The notes beneath the pieces were generated by a model. It saw only the letters and a program-made list of their open reading frames with translations. It did not search any database and was not told the DNA's origin. The position numbers were made by a program, and so were the translations under genes. A stretch of DNA of 64,000 nt. Source: Bacteroidales bacterium. Lineage in GTDB: Bacteria > Bacteroidota > Bacteroidia > Bacteroidales > UBA932. Below, in pieces: positions 36,539 through 47,405 of this stretch (its first letter is position 1; each line of letters opens with the position of its first letter). The stretch spans positions 23,414 to 87,413 of the forward strand of contig SUYM01000009.1 of NCBI GenBank assembly GCA_015060455.1, given 5' to 3'.

Positions 36539-36988
36539 TTATTTAAGGTTATCAGGTATCTGGGTTCTGACAAACTTCTGAACGAACGAAGGGTCATCTG
36601 TCGCCACCCAGATCATAGAATCCTTCGTCAGGTCATTGACCTCATATTCATGTGACCAATACCCCTCGTCATAATCATATATTCCTCTGATTATCGCACC
36701 CTTTTCAAGATCTGTTTCAATATTGAAATTACCGGTCACTTTATGCGGCATATCACCTATACTGTCGAAATTCTGATAGATAGTAAATTCCTTATCCTTG
36801 CGTCGCAGGTCGATATAGAAATAGGTATCATCATCAAGCGCACTACCTCTCCACTCCACCAGTTTCCACTCACCGGATATGTTGTTGGAAGTCACTTCAA
36901 GATACTCTACCGCAGGTTCTTCCTTGCCGCATGACAGTAATAGCAATGATGCAAAGAGCATCAGAATCATTGTCTTGATCTTATTCAT
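36539..36988 (-). CDS. Lipocalin-like lipoprotein
   Basis: Lipobox LLSC; ISGEWKL motif. Confidence 0.7.
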   Translation of the reverse strand: MNKIKTMILMLFASLLLLSCGKEEPAVEYLEVTSNNISGEWKLVEWRGSALDDDTYFYIDLRRKDKEFTIYQNFDSIGDMPHKVTGNFNIETDLEKGAIIRGIYDYDEGYWSHEYEVNDLTKDSMIWVATDDPSFVQKFVRTQIPDNLK

Positions 36989-36998
36989 ATTCTTAATT

Positions 36999-37772
36999 TT
37001 ATTTTTCTTTCATATTGACAGATATTGCCGCCTGAGTAGGTGGGACACCGAGGCCCTTTATCACCACTGGCATATTCTGCTTCTCTCCACCTTTGGATGG
37101 ATCATAACTTATGACCAGTCTGCCTTCTTCGCCCGGACTGACAACCTGAGGTTCGGTACGGAATGTCAGGCATGAGGGCAGCAGGAAAGCATCACAATCC
37201 AATATCAGCGTCTTATCACTCACATTGATAAAGGCACACGTCTCTACGGCCTTAGTCCCCTTGATGAAGTCAACACTGTTCCTTCTTACTCTTATGTTGC
37301 CCATTCCTATCGGATAGAGTCCTGTCTTATCCGCTCCCCTCTCCACCTCTACTGCAAGTCTGAGCGCAGATATAGGCGCATCATCACCATCTGCATACAC
37401 AAAAATCTTCCTCTCGAAACGCCCCGGATGTCCCTTGGGATTATAAGTGACAATAATTTCCGAGCGCTGTCCCGGCAGAATGACCTTGTCCGGACACATT
37501 GCCCGCGCACAGGTACAGGTTGTAACAATCTTCCCGATGGTGATTGTATCCCGTCCGACATTCTCAAACCCGTAGGAAAACTCCCTTATGCCGCCATCCT
37601 CGCTGAGGGGCTCGGGGGTCAAAAGAGTCTCATCAAACACAAGGTCTGTGCTTTGCGCAGAGAGAGCGGGGCTATTGACTGCGTCCAAGGTCTGTCTTGG
37701 CACGATAACCACCTGAGCCTGAACGATTAGTCCGGCAAACAAGAGAAACAGTATATGCCAGGCGCGCCACAT
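36999..37772 (-). CDS. DUF1573 (Ig-like) domain protein
   Basis: FENVG...I....TTCTC motif, YNPKGHPG.F; tandem Ig-like domains. Start taken at ATG 37772, next to the protease stop. Confidence 0.75.
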   Translation of the reverse strand: MWRAWHILFLLFAGLIVQAQVVIVPRQTLDAVNSPALSAQSTDLVFDETLLTPEPLSEDGGIREFSYGFENVGRDTITIGKIVTTCTCARAMCPDKVILPGQRSEIIVTYNPKGHPGRFERKIFVYADGDDAPISALRLAVEVERGADKTGLYPIGMGNIRVRRNSVDFIKGTKAVETCAFINVSDKTLILDCDAFLLPSCLTFRTEPQVVSPGEEGRLVISYDPSKGGEKQNMPVVIKGLGVPPTQAAISVNMKEK

Positions 37773-37773
37773 G

Positions 37774-39888
37774 CTACAACCAGCCGTTTCCTGTTGTTTC
37801 ACGTACTGTAATCACAAATTCATGTGTCACAGAACCACTCTTTATGCTCGCCTTTGTCTGTCCTGTGCCTATGCCCTTGACATACACTTTGCCCGCCTTG
37901 TACTCCATGACAGCAATGCTTTCATCAGTGACTTTCAGTTCAAACTCACTGCCCGACATATATAAAGTCGGATCGTATGCCTTCACATCATCCTTGCTTA
38001 TAAAGACATTAGGGAAAGTCATCGGTCTGCCTACATCCTCACCGGCAATAGCGTTAAGAAAATTATAAGCATTCACCTGTCCATGCCCCATCTTGCCAAA
38101 ATAATCACTGAGTTTAAGGCTTGACTTATGAACTTTTCCAAGGTCTGACACGTATTTGTAATAGACTTTATTATCCTCGGTATCACATACCACCTTGAGC
38201 GGGTCCTTTCCGTCTGCAGTCCTGTATGCAGAATCATACAGAAGTCTGATGACATCCTTTGCCTTGACATGTATCCTCCTGTGAGCCGCATAGGAAAGTC
38301 CCAAGGCAACCACTCCGGACACATGAGGACAGGCCATTGAGGTTCCTTCCATGTATCCGTAAGTCCCCTCACCTGCCTCTGCACTGACTACCTTATCAAA
38401 GTCCAAGGCAGTGTTGTCCGGCAGAGTGGAAAGAATACATCCGGCAAAACCCTTGTCGTGACCTTCACCATACTCATAATAATAGTCCTGATCTCCGCCC
38501 GGGGCAGAAATGGTGACTCCTGTACCATAATTGGTATAGACTGCCGGAGTGAAATCCGGAGCGGTCGCGGCAACTGAAACATAGTCCGGATAAGCAGCAG
38601 GATAACTGGCAGCAGGCGCATATTCGTTTCCTGCCGCAAACACCGCGATACCACCTTCAATCACTCCATCCGGAGAGCCTGCATGATTGACGAAATAATC
38701 CAAAGCCTTCTTTTCCAGCATATTGCTCTGAGTCCACTGCTCGTCGGTAGAGAACTGAGGACCCCAATCATACGGGTTGGCTGCACCGGAAATATATCCC
38801 CAACTGCACTGAAGCACTACAGCGCCATTGTCTGCCGCATATTTTATAGCCCTGACCTCATCCAGGAGTGTACCTGCATATACACCGGCAAAAATCTGAC
38901 ACGACATGATCTTCACGCCCGGACTATCGGATGTACCGCCGGCAATTGACGAGATACCCACGCCATTATTGTTTTCTGCCGCAATGACTCCGGCCACATG
39001 TGTTCCATGACCGGTATCATAGGCACTGTCAGTGGAAATGACTCCTGTATTCTGCACGAAATTATATCCGTGCTTATCACCCTTATAGCCGTTTCCGTCG
39101 GCATCTACGCGGGAACGCAGTTCTTCACCCTCATTGACCCACATGCTGTTCTTCAGGTCGGGATGAGTGAAGCATACTCCCTCATCAAGCACAGCGACAA
39201 TGATTGAAGGATGTCCCTTCATCTGAGGATTCTTCCATACTTCTGCCATACCTACATCGGCACCCTCTACAAACCCGACTGCAGCGTCAGAAGGCTTCGC
39301 AACAGGAAGAGCCTGATTTTCACCTCCATTGACCAGATGCCACTGATATTTAAGACGCGGATCATCAGGTCCCTGTATTGACGTCCCGGTCTTTGTCACG
39401 ACCTGTCTGAAAGGGACAGCCTTGGAGGTCGAGGCGCGTTTGAGCGTACGATTATATTCAACACGATTTACCTCTCCAAGTCTGGAAAGATCGGCTGCAA
39501 CCTTTTCCACGGGATATTCCTCAGAAAATCTCACGACATACCAAAGATGCAATCCCTCGTGGCGGGCCGTTTCTTCAGTCCGTGCGTCAACCGGGAATAT
39601 GCGCTCGATCTCATATCCTTCCACAAGATCAAGTATCTCATCGACGCTCAACACTCCTGAACGCGTTGCCGGAGAATCCAGCCCGCTCTTTGTAACACCT
39701 GCCTGCTCAAGGATACGGCTGACAGAAGCATCAAACTTCACAAGCAACTGCCCGGGAAGAGCATCAGCAACGACCTCGGACACCTTGGGCGTCTCATTGC
39801 CGGATGTCATCTGAGACTCATCTATTGCACAAGCCCAGAGCCCGGAGACAGCAACTAACGATAATAATATATAGTTTCTCAGTTTCAT
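37774..39888 (-). CDS. S8 subtilase lipoprotein
   Basis: Lipobox LWAC; catalytic triad motifs VAVLDEG, HGTHVAG and GTSMACP; oxyanion AAGNE; N-terminal prodomain. Confidence 0.95.
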   Translation of the reverse strand: MKLRNYILLSLVAVSGLWACAIDESQMTSGNETPKVSEVVADALPGQLLVKFDASVSRILEQAGVTKSGLDSPATRSGVLSVDEILDLVEGYEIERIFPVDARTEETARHEGLHLWYVVRFSEEYPVEKVAADLSRLGEVNRVEYNRTLKRASTSKAVPFRQVVTKTGTSIQGPDDPRLKYQWHLVNGGENQALPVAKPSDAAVGFVEGADVGMAEVWKNPQMKGHPSIIVAVLDEGVCFTHPDLKNSMWVNEGEELRSRVDADGNGYKGDKHGYNFVQNTGVISTDSAYDTGHGTHVAGVIAAENNNGVGISSIAGGTSDSPGVKIMSCQIFAGVYAGTLLDEVRAIKYAADNGAVVLQCSWGYISGAANPYDWGPQFSTDEQWTQSNMLEKKALDYFVNHAGSPDGVIEGGIAVFAAGNEYAPAASYPAAYPDYVSVAATAPDFTPAVYTNYGTGVTISAPGGDQDYYYEYGEGHDKGFAGCILSTLPDNTALDFDKVVSAEAGEGTYGYMEGTSMACPHVSGVVALGLSYAAHRRIHVKAKDVIRLLYDSAYRTADGKDPLKVVCDTEDNKVYYKYVSDLGKVHKSSLKLSDYFGKMGHGQVNAYNFLNAIAGEDVGRPMTFPNVFISKDDVKAYDPTLYMSGSEFELKVTDESIAVMEYKAGKVYVKGIGTGQTKASIKSGSVTHEFVITVRETTGNGWL

Positions 39889-39908
39889 ATTCTTTGTAAA
39901 TTTCGTTC

Positions 39909-41606
39909 CTACTTCTCTACGTTAATATCACTCCATTTCTTTTCCGAATATATCTCATAATAATAATTGAGATTGGTAGGAACATCCTTGAATCCGGCTG
40001 CCGTTCCATTCATATCCTTACCCTCCTGAGGGAAGACAAGAAGCAACGGTGTCCAATAGTCAAGTTTAGGATGGAATTTCAGCCATTTAGGTATATCACC
40101 GCTCAGACGGTTAAGGTTGATTGCAAGGAAATCTGTATTCGGAAGCACCATCGGGATCCTGTTTTCCTTGAAATACTTCTTACCTGCTTCGCCAAGAGAG
40201 TCTGCAAGATGAACCTCTGTCACACTCGAGTCAAAGGAATCGACATCCCAAGCCTTGAAGCCTTTGTCAAGCAGTTCCTGATCCGAAGGGAGTGTTCCCT
40301 GCAGATAATTCACAGAAAGCCTCAAAGTATCAAGCTGCTCCCATTCCAGCAGCCACTGAGGAAACTGCCTGTTACCGGAACCGTCAGCAGGACACTCCTC
40401 CACAAGACCTCCAATATCTTTCTTTACCGTATTACTGAGGTCCATAATCACTCCTCGCTGGTTTGAGGTGAGGAAAAGAGCCTTGAGAGACTCACACTCC
40501 CTGAGTTCCTTCGGTATGGACGCAAAATTGTTTCCGCCAAGGTCAAGATACCTCAAGGACTTCATGTTCTTTATCTTCGAAGGAAGTTCTGTAAGACCAT
40601 ACGAGAACATCGTAAGTTTCTTGAGATTTTCCAGTTCACAGATATCCTCACCCAGGCTGAGACTCTTCTGGAATGAATTGACATTACTGAAGAAATAAAG
40701 TTCCTCAGCAGCCGTGAGATACTTCACAGCGTAAGGCAAGGCTTCATTTGTCTCAAAGAACACAAATTCAGCAGACTTCACGCGTCCCTTGTTTTTTCCA
40801 GATTTGTGAAGCGTCACACCATCCCATCTGGCCATCCTCAGTCCGGTATCATACTCGGACCAGCACCCAAGGAAACGGCTTATTGAAAGGAGTGCAAGAG
40901 AGTCTGCCGCAACAAGGTCGCCCGCATCGACATACCCTTGGATATCGGGCGCCGCACCCTGCCTCACGGTGATGGCAGACATCACATCTTCCAATCCCTC
41001 GGCACTGGCAACAAGATTAATCTCCGGTGCACGTTCAGAAGAGGTCGGGTTGACATTCCACTTGAATTTCAAGGTAACATTACGCGGACGCGCACCACGG
41101 TCCAGAAGCGTCTCCATTTCTTCTGCTTCCGGCTTTTCACATGTAAGCCATGAATGTTCGGCAGGAATCTGCACATCGAAGTCAACATTGGTACTCACCA
41201 CGACCTCGAACTTACGCTTGTCCAATACATCAAAGTCCTTTATCTCAATCACAGGCTTCCTGACACTGATCTGATGAGGGAAACCATCCTGTACAACCGC
41301 AAATTCCTTGTATTGTCCGCTTGCAGTCTGTATTCTGACCACATCCTCACGTACATCATTCACCAAGGTCGAGTCAATCATTACCTGACACAGTTCGCTT
41401 CCTTTACCATTAGCAGGGGAAATGGCAACCCATGGCTCATTAGTCATTGCAGTCCATGGTTCCCCCACATTGATCTCTATGGTACGTACGCCGCCTTCAG
41501 GTCCGACATGAATATCCTCCGAGCCTAATTGAAGCGGGATATCCACATCCGGAGAGCATGCTGCGAGGGCAGCGACAAACAATAAATATATAACATTTCT
41601 TTTCAT
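39909..41606 (-). CDS. BACON + leucine-rich-repeat lipoprotein
   Basis: Lipobox LAAC; BACON-like W..PW...V.Q.G domains; LRRs LRYLDLGGNNF and LRLSVNYLQG. Confidence 0.8.
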   Translation of the reverse strand: MKRNVIYLLFVAALAACSPDVDIPLQLGSEDIHVGPEGGVRTIEINVGEPWTAMTNEPWVAISPANGKGSELCQVMIDSTLVNDVREDVVRIQTASGQYKEFAVVQDGFPHQISVRKPVIEIKDFDVLDKRKFEVVVSTNVDFDVQIPAEHSWLTCEKPEAEEMETLLDRGARPRNVTLKFKWNVNPTSSERAPEINLVASAEGLEDVMSAITVRQGAAPDIQGYVDAGDLVAADSLALLSISRFLGCWSEYDTGLRMARWDGVTLHKSGKNKGRVKSAEFVFFETNEALPYAVKYLTAAEELYFFSNVNSFQKSLSLGEDICELENLKKLTMFSYGLTELPSKIKNMKSLRYLDLGGNNFASIPKELRECESLKALFLTSNQRGVIMDLSNTVKKDIGGLVEECPADGSGNRQFPQWLLEWEQLDTLRLSVNYLQGTLPSDQELLDKGFKAWDVDSFDSSVTEVHLADSLGEAGKKYFKENRIPMVLPNTDFLAINLNRLSGDIPKWLKFHPKLDYWTPLLLVFPQEGKDMNGTAAGFKDVPTNLNYYYEIYSEKKWSDINVEK

Positions 41607-41620
41607 ATTCATTCCCTCCA

Positions 41621-44326
41621 TTATTGAAGCATCAGGTCGCAATTCAATATTTCCTGAGTCTTGTCATAAAGCAGGATATAGGCTCCTGCCTGCCATGCAT
41701 AACAGATGTCAGAGGCATCAAAGACGATATTAGGATTATCACTGATATCGAGATAGTAACAGAGCGTCGAGATGACATCATCTACAACCCCTATATCATT
41801 GGAACCCAGATAAAGTCCCCTCAAACCGGTATGCTGATAAACTCCTGTAGGCCACTCGTTCATACATCTTTCTCCTTTTTCATTTCTCTGACCACGAAGA
41901 GCAAACACCGTAAGACCCTTCATGTCAAACTGCTCAAAAGGATGTATGCTGAAACTGTTGTACGAGAGGTCAAGGCCATACAGGTAAGGTATGTTGCCCG
42001 AATGGAAATCCTTTGGAATATCCTTAAGTTTATTGTAGGACAGATCAAAAGATGTCAGATATATAGCATTATCATACGTAAAGGCGCTGTCCGGTATTTC
42101 CTTCATTCCGCACCCTCTCATGTTGATATATGCAATTTTCGAGTCTGTGTCTCTGAACATCACAGGATAGACATCGATAGGATTGTTGGCAAGTGTAAGT
42201 GTCTCGACGTAGATACCCTTATTATCCCCTATCTTCGTTCCTTTCTCATCATATCCCGCAAACCTGCTTATATTGTTATATGAGAAATCGACTGTCACCA
42301 TACCGAACTTGGACTCCGCATCGAAGATGTCAGGAAACTCCGTCAGTCTGTTGTTCCTCACGGAGAAAGTCTCCACATCGGCAAGACCACAGAAAGGCTC
42401 ACCGTTATCGGCACGCTTCATTTCGGTTATCTGATTGTTGTTCAGGTGAAGTTGCACAAGGTTGATATCCTTTCCGAATGCAGTGATTTCCGTGATTTCA
42501 TTATCACTCAGGTCCAACAGACCAAGGCTCTTCATTGCAGAAAGTTTCTTGCCATCCACCTTGGTCAGTTTGGCGTTATTCATATAAAGTATCTGAATCT
42601 TCTTTGCCGAGCGTGAATCTTCCTCCGCAAGAGAGTGCAGAAGTTGATTCGGATCATACTGATCCTGCAAAGCGACGTTCTGGGAGTTCTGAGATATGTT
42701 CAACGAAATCAGAGACGGCATGGCCTTCAAGGCATTTATCGGATTCTTGAGTTTTGAACAGTTGTAGATCTCCAGGTCAGTCAGAACCGCCAGACCCTTG
42801 TCTGCACTCATATCCACAGGCTTTTCAGGGAATTCCTCCAGAAGGCCGTTCGCTATGGTCAGTCTCTCAAGATTGTCAAGCGTCCAGATGGCAGGATCTA
42901 TCCTGGTCAGGCCGTTGTAAAGTTTGCCTGCGACTGCATCCTTCGGCTGGATACGCATCCTTCCTGTATTGCGGTCAATGATCTGATCCTCAGTCATTGT
43001 CTCATACATAGCGATCTCCGGAATAGACTTGCTGTGCTCCTTCAGCGCCCTTGCGATAGGTTCACTGAACTGCACAGGCGGGTACTTTGCCGACAGATAC
43101 TGCTTGTGACGTTCCATCCTGTCACGTGTTCCTGAAGACAATGTCGGGTCAAACTCATTCTGATTTGCATCGTTATGAGTTCCCAGATACAGTTCCGTCA
43201 ATTCCGTCAGCACTCCTATTTCCTTAGGGAGTTCTCCGCGGAAGCCGAAATCACTTACAGAGATGAGGGCCACACGTCCGTTGGAGTGGAGTGACACTCC
43301 GGGCTGATCTCCCCATAAATCCACGTCCTTATTGAAGTCCCAGTTGGATCCGTCAGGATAATCTTCTCCACTATAATACCAGTTAGGACCATCAAGAGCC
43401 TCCCAGATAGCCTTCAGCGCATAATAATCCTGAATATAAAGATCGGACTGATAAAGTCTTACCGGCATATTATGCTTCGTCACCTGATTATCGACAACTG
43501 TGATCAGAGTGTTGACATTCTCATTCCTCTCCAGCAGTGTTCTTCCCTTCTTGTCCTCATAGGCAGAATAATAATCCACAGTATATTCGCCTGCCGGAAG
43601 AGACAGGAGGGTGTCACAGACTGCAGATGAGGTATAGTATCCGTCAGTATCATCACCATTATCAAGGAAATGAGTGGAGAACTTCACCGGAAGGGCCTGG
43701 AAAAGTGTGGTCTTTGTGTTGTCCGACTTGCTGCGGACCTGAATGTCAATCGACTTGATCTCGTCAAATGTATATTCCCTTACCTTCTGACTGGCCTTCG
43801 ACTGCACAAATGCACTTGTATCCTTGACAAGAGTGAACTTCACATGCCCCCTCTCCACAGTCTTTGCCAGCAGATCATGCACACAAAGTCCGCCAGGCAC
43901 TACAGTAAACCTGCTCTGCATCATAGGCGAAGACTCCGGAGAAGCCTCATATATCTTCTCATCAAGTTTTCCGAAGAGAGTAAATGATATGATGTCATAA
44001 TCACCGGCCAGAAGTTTCATCTTATCACTGCGAAGTCCGAACTCAGCAGATGCCTCATCATACGAATTGAGCACCAATGTCTGGCTGATGATCTGGTTTC
44101 CGTCAGTAAACTCCACTCTTATTTTTGTGGCATCAGCAAGATATGAAATCACTTCTTCATCCTGCTCCGCTGCCTTCACCGGAACATAAGAGGCCTCTTT
44201 GTACAGTTTGAACTGCACATAGCCATAGTCCTTTTCTCTATAATCCGGTTCTTCCTCGGCGCAACTGAAAAGTATCAGCGACAAGACCGGAAGAAGAATC
44301 AATTTCAAGTAATTCATCATTTTCAT
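41621..44326 (-). CDS. Leucine-rich-repeat lipoprotein (DUF4458-like)
   Basis: Lipobox LFSC; YGYVQFKLYK N-terminus, DYYALKAIWEALDG.NW, many LxLxxNxL repeats. Confidence 0.8.
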   Translation of the reverse strand: MKMMNYLKLILLPVLSLILFSCAEEEPDYREKDYGYVQFKLYKEASYVPVKAAEQDEEVISYLADATKIRVEFTDGNQIISQTLVLNSYDEASAEFGLRSDKMKLLAGDYDIISFTLFGKLDEKIYEASPESSPMMQSRFTVVPGGLCVHDLLAKTVERGHVKFTLVKDTSAFVQSKASQKVREYTFDEIKSIDIQVRSKSDNTKTTLFQALPVKFSTHFLDNGDDTDGYYTSSAVCDTLLSLPAGEYTVDYYSAYEDKKGRTLLERNENVNTLITVVDNQVTKHNMPVRLYQSDLYIQDYYALKAIWEALDGPNWYYSGEDYPDGSNWDFNKDVDLWGDQPGVSLHSNGRVALISVSDFGFRGELPKEIGVLTELTELYLGTHNDANQNEFDPTLSSGTRDRMERHKQYLSAKYPPVQFSEPIARALKEHSKSIPEIAMYETMTEDQIIDRNTGRMRIQPKDAVAGKLYNGLTRIDPAIWTLDNLERLTIANGLLEEFPEKPVDMSADKGLAVLTDLEIYNCSKLKNPINALKAMPSLISLNISQNSQNVALQDQYDPNQLLHSLAEEDSRSAKKIQILYMNNAKLTKVDGKKLSAMKSLGLLDLSDNEITEITAFGKDINLVQLHLNNNQITEMKRADNGEPFCGLADVETFSVRNNRLTEFPDIFDAESKFGMVTVDFSYNNISRFAGYDEKGTKIGDNKGIYVETLTLANNPIDVYPVMFRDTDSKIAYINMRGCGMKEIPDSAFTYDNAIYLTSFDLSYNKLKDIPKDFHSGNIPYLYGLDLSYNSFSIHPFEQFDMKGLTVFALRGQRNEKGERCMNEWPTGVYQHTGLRGLYLGSNDIGVVDDVISTLCYYLDISDNPNIVFDASDICYAWQAGAYILLYDKTQEILNCDLMLQ

Positions 44327-44337
44327 AATCGGTTTTC

Positions 44338-46470
44338 TTACTCAACGACAAGTTCGCAAATAAAGACAAACAGGACATTGGATGTCGAGCCGAACTGTAT
44401 GGTCTCTCTCATCGTCTTATCTGTCACGCCTTCCGGACGCTTCATGTTGAACTTGGATTTTCCAGGATATGTCCGCGTCTCAAATGAAGTCTTTCCAAAA
44501 GTCAGAATACCCTCAGTTCCTCTGTAATCTTCTGCCTTTGGAGCTGAAGGCAGAAGATTATTCTGCCAATCCTCCATCTGCTTATCCCATTCAAAGTCGT
44601 GATACATCTGATCATCTATTGTGACCATCTCCGGTCCATTGGTCTTACCCGGACATGAATACATCCAGCACTGTCTCGAAGTCACTATCTCGAGCGATGT
44701 ATCATCCTTTGTATATCTCACCAGATATATCGGCGCCTGAAGTTCCTTGTTCGCTTCATAAGTCGGTCCTGAGATGACCTGATAAATCGCAGCACCTGCA
44801 GAGGCTGCATCTGAAGGGTTTACAAACATTGTCGAACTTACATCCTCAAGTACATCCTCCTCGGTCTTTTTCTCTGCCACATAGAAACAATGGACAGCAG
44901 CAAGTACCTTTCCCTGCTCGTCCTTGAAGACGATGTAACCATCTATCGCTTCCGGCTTTTCAGAGGTAAACTTGGTCATATCCATAAGGATCTGGCCATA
45001 AAGTCCGTCGCCGAGAGGGTTGTAGCCAAGCCAATGCTCCGGCAACTTTTCCTCAGCAATTTCATTGCCCTGCGCATCATAGACAACAACCGACTCGTAT
45101 GGGAAGGTAATATAGAAAGTTGACTTTGTCACAGCCATTTCCTTCTCATACGAAAGGTTATACTGCCATGCCGACATTCCCTCCGCATATACAAGATTCT
45201 TTTCAGGCAGAATAGTCTCTTCACTCCTTCCGAAAAGCAATCCCGAAGCCTCTCTTTCCGTTTCCGCAGCCTCGAATGTGAAATATTCATCAGGACATGC
45301 CTTCTGCACTACGGAGACGACATTTGAAGAGTACTCTTCCTTCACAGCCGTCTTATCAGGTGCAAGCAGTTCATTATCATCGGCTGGTGCTGTTGCAGGG
45401 AGGAAAACCAGAACAGCCTCTCTGTCAGTCTGACCGGCATACTTCGGAACAGATATGCTTATATTACGTGTCTGAAGGACATCTGCTCCTTCAAGCGAAT
45501 CCCACTGCGACAGTTCCACATTCAGCCATGGATTCTGCACAGGAGTCAAGCCTGCATCCGTCTTTTCAAAGACAGCAACTCTGGAGGCAGCCGGGCCGAA
45601 CATAATACCCTGGACAGGATCCTTGGTTGCAGAGCCCTCACCGCTATGGAAATACTGTGCATGGTCAAAATTCAAGGATATGTTTCCGCCCAAAGTCCAT
45701 GTAAAAATATCCTTTGAGCCCGGTATCCTTACCTTGAATGTCTTTATGACAGTCTCGCCGCTTCTGAAAGAGATTTCGCCGTCTGTATTTTCCATAGGAA
45801 GTCTTGAAGACACTCCATAGACATCGAAAACTGTAGTACCGATCTTGGTGTCAGCATCTATATCGGCGAGCGCCCACTCAGGCCATTCCACGCTCCACTC
45901 AAAGTTTGCAACTACCTTGACCGGGAATACATATCTCTTCTCATTTGCATCCCACACAAGTTCAATCACATCGTCAGAGGTCATTGGTGCATCTTCATAC
46001 ACATAACTGCCGTCCGCATATTCAAAGGCGCCTGTCTCTGTCTTTGATGCAAGATATGCCTCTACAGATTTTTCCTTTGCCCTGAGTGTATATTCTGCAA
46101 TAATCTTTGTCTCCCCGCCCATAGTCATCTTTATCTGGCATGATCGAAGCGAGAATGACTCCTCGTCAGTCGTCCATATCCTGATCTCAACAGGCGTGTC
46201 AGATGACACTCCGCTAAGGGTCTGGACCTTGAATTTTCCATCCTGAATCTTGAACCACTCATAACATTCCTTAGGAACGGAAATGCTCCAGGCCATATTA
46301 GGCTGGATAGTAAGAGTCAGTTCACTTCCGGGAACAACATCATTATCTGTAACCAACTCCGGAAACTTCGGAGTATTGTCAATCGGAGTTTCCTCATTAC
46401 ATGAGACTCCGGCAAACATAACAACAGCCATAGACAGAAGGCCGATACAATTATATATTATCCTTTTCAT
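44338..46470 (-). CDS. Surface lipoprotein (DUF5003/BACON-like)
   Basis: Lipobox GVSC; PNMAW, ANFEW.V.WP.W BACON-like motifs. Confidence 0.65.
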   Translation of the reverse strand: MKRIIYNCIGLLSMAVVMFAGVSCNEETPIDNTPKFPELVTDNDVVPGSELTLTIQPNMAWSISVPKECYEWFKIQDGKFKVQTLSGVSSDTPVEIRIWTTDEESFSLRSCQIKMTMGGETKIIAEYTLRAKEKSVEAYLASKTETGAFEYADGSYVYEDAPMTSDDVIELVWDANEKRYVFPVKVVANFEWSVEWPEWALADIDADTKIGTTVFDVYGVSSRLPMENTDGEISFRSGETVIKTFKVRIPGSKDIFTWTLGGNISLNFDHAQYFHSGEGSATKDPVQGIMFGPAASRVAVFEKTDAGLTPVQNPWLNVELSQWDSLEGADVLQTRNISISVPKYAGQTDREAVLVFLPATAPADDNELLAPDKTAVKEEYSSNVVSVVQKACPDEYFTFEAAETEREASGLLFGRSEETILPEKNLVYAEGMSAWQYNLSYEKEMAVTKSTFYITFPYESVVVYDAQGNEIAEEKLPEHWLGYNPLGDGLYGQILMDMTKFTSEKPEAIDGYIVFKDEQGKVLAAVHCFYVAEKKTEEDVLEDVSSTMFVNPSDAASAGAAIYQVISGPTYEANKELQAPIYLVRYTKDDTSLEIVTSRQCWMYSCPGKTNGPEMVTIDDQMYHDFEWDKQMEDWQNNLLPSAPKAEDYRGTEGILTFGKTSFETRTYPGKSKFNMKRPEGVTDKTMRETIQFGSTSNVLFVFICELVVE

Positions 46471-46491
46471 AGTCACTTATATTTATCTTAC

Positions 46492-47394
46492 TTACATTCC
46501 TTCCTTCTGAAGACGTTCCGCCTCTTCATCACTGATCCACTCCATTATATTATAGAAATGTCCCACGGTGCCGACGGCAGTACCTATGTTCTCGACATAG
46601 AAATGAGCCCAAAGGTAAAGATACCTGCCGCATGGATAAAAGACCGACTCTGCCATCTGGCTATGCGTCACGAGAATATGATTGTCTCCATGAGTCTGCC
46701 CGAATATCATGCCCTCGTCCGAAGCAATCTGGTCTTCCGGCATGGTGACAAACGGTTTCATAGGGTCATCAGCATTGAATTCGAGCAACACATCATAGCC
46801 ATCCGCAAGCCAGTTGTAACAAATGATGGTATTCTCACGCGTCGGATGTTTTTCTGTCTTTATCAGCCTCTGATAAGAACCCGTCGCACTGTACTGGTAC
46901 AGGAACATCGAAGTGAAGATACACCAGCCTTCATAATCTTCGATATTGAACGGACAACTTTTCATCATGACGGCCTTGGTATTCTTTCCATAGAGAGGAA
47001 ACTCAAGCCGGTCATTCATGACAAGTCGAAGTTCGAAGCCGAGAGAATCCTCTGCCTCGATGTTGTTGTAATATCCATGGACAATAACATCCGCAGCAAG
47101 TTCTCCCGCCTTGATTGTCACGGTGTTCGACTCAAGATGATAATGTTTCCTTTCGATGGCATTGCTGCCTTTGTCAACCACTTCGACTCCAAAAGTCCTG
47201 TCATAGTCTCTTGCTACGGTGGAGACTACCGGAATGCGGAATGTCGTATCGACAGACTGCACAGGATAAATGGCCATTGTGTCAGCAAACATGACATACT
47301 CCGCATCAGAATACGTCACATACTCTTCGTGGCAGGAGGTCAGAGCCGCTCCTGCTGCGAATGCTATCAATATATATGTAATTATCTTTCTCAT
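46492..47394 (-). CDS. Lipoprotein downstream of SusD (DUF4984-like)
   Basis: Lipobox LTSC; YDRTFGVEV..GSNAIE motif; AAGGAGG before ATG 47394. Confidence 0.7.
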   Translation of the reverse strand: MRKIITYILIAFAAGAALTSCHEEYVTYSDAEYVMFADTMAIYPVQSVDTTFRIPVVSTVARDYDRTFGVEVVDKGSNAIERKHYHLESNTVTIKAGELAADVIVHGYYNNIEAEDSLGFELRLVMNDRLEFPLYGKNTKAVMMKSCPFNIEDYEGWCIFTSMFLYQYSATGSYQRLIKTEKHPTRENTIICYNWLADGYDVLLEFNADDPMKPFVTMPEDQIASDEGMIFGQTHGDNHILVTHSQMAESVFYPCGRYLYLWAHFYVENIGTAVGTVGHFYNIMEWISDEEAERLQKEGM

Positions 47395-47405
47395 AGTTCC
47401 TCCTT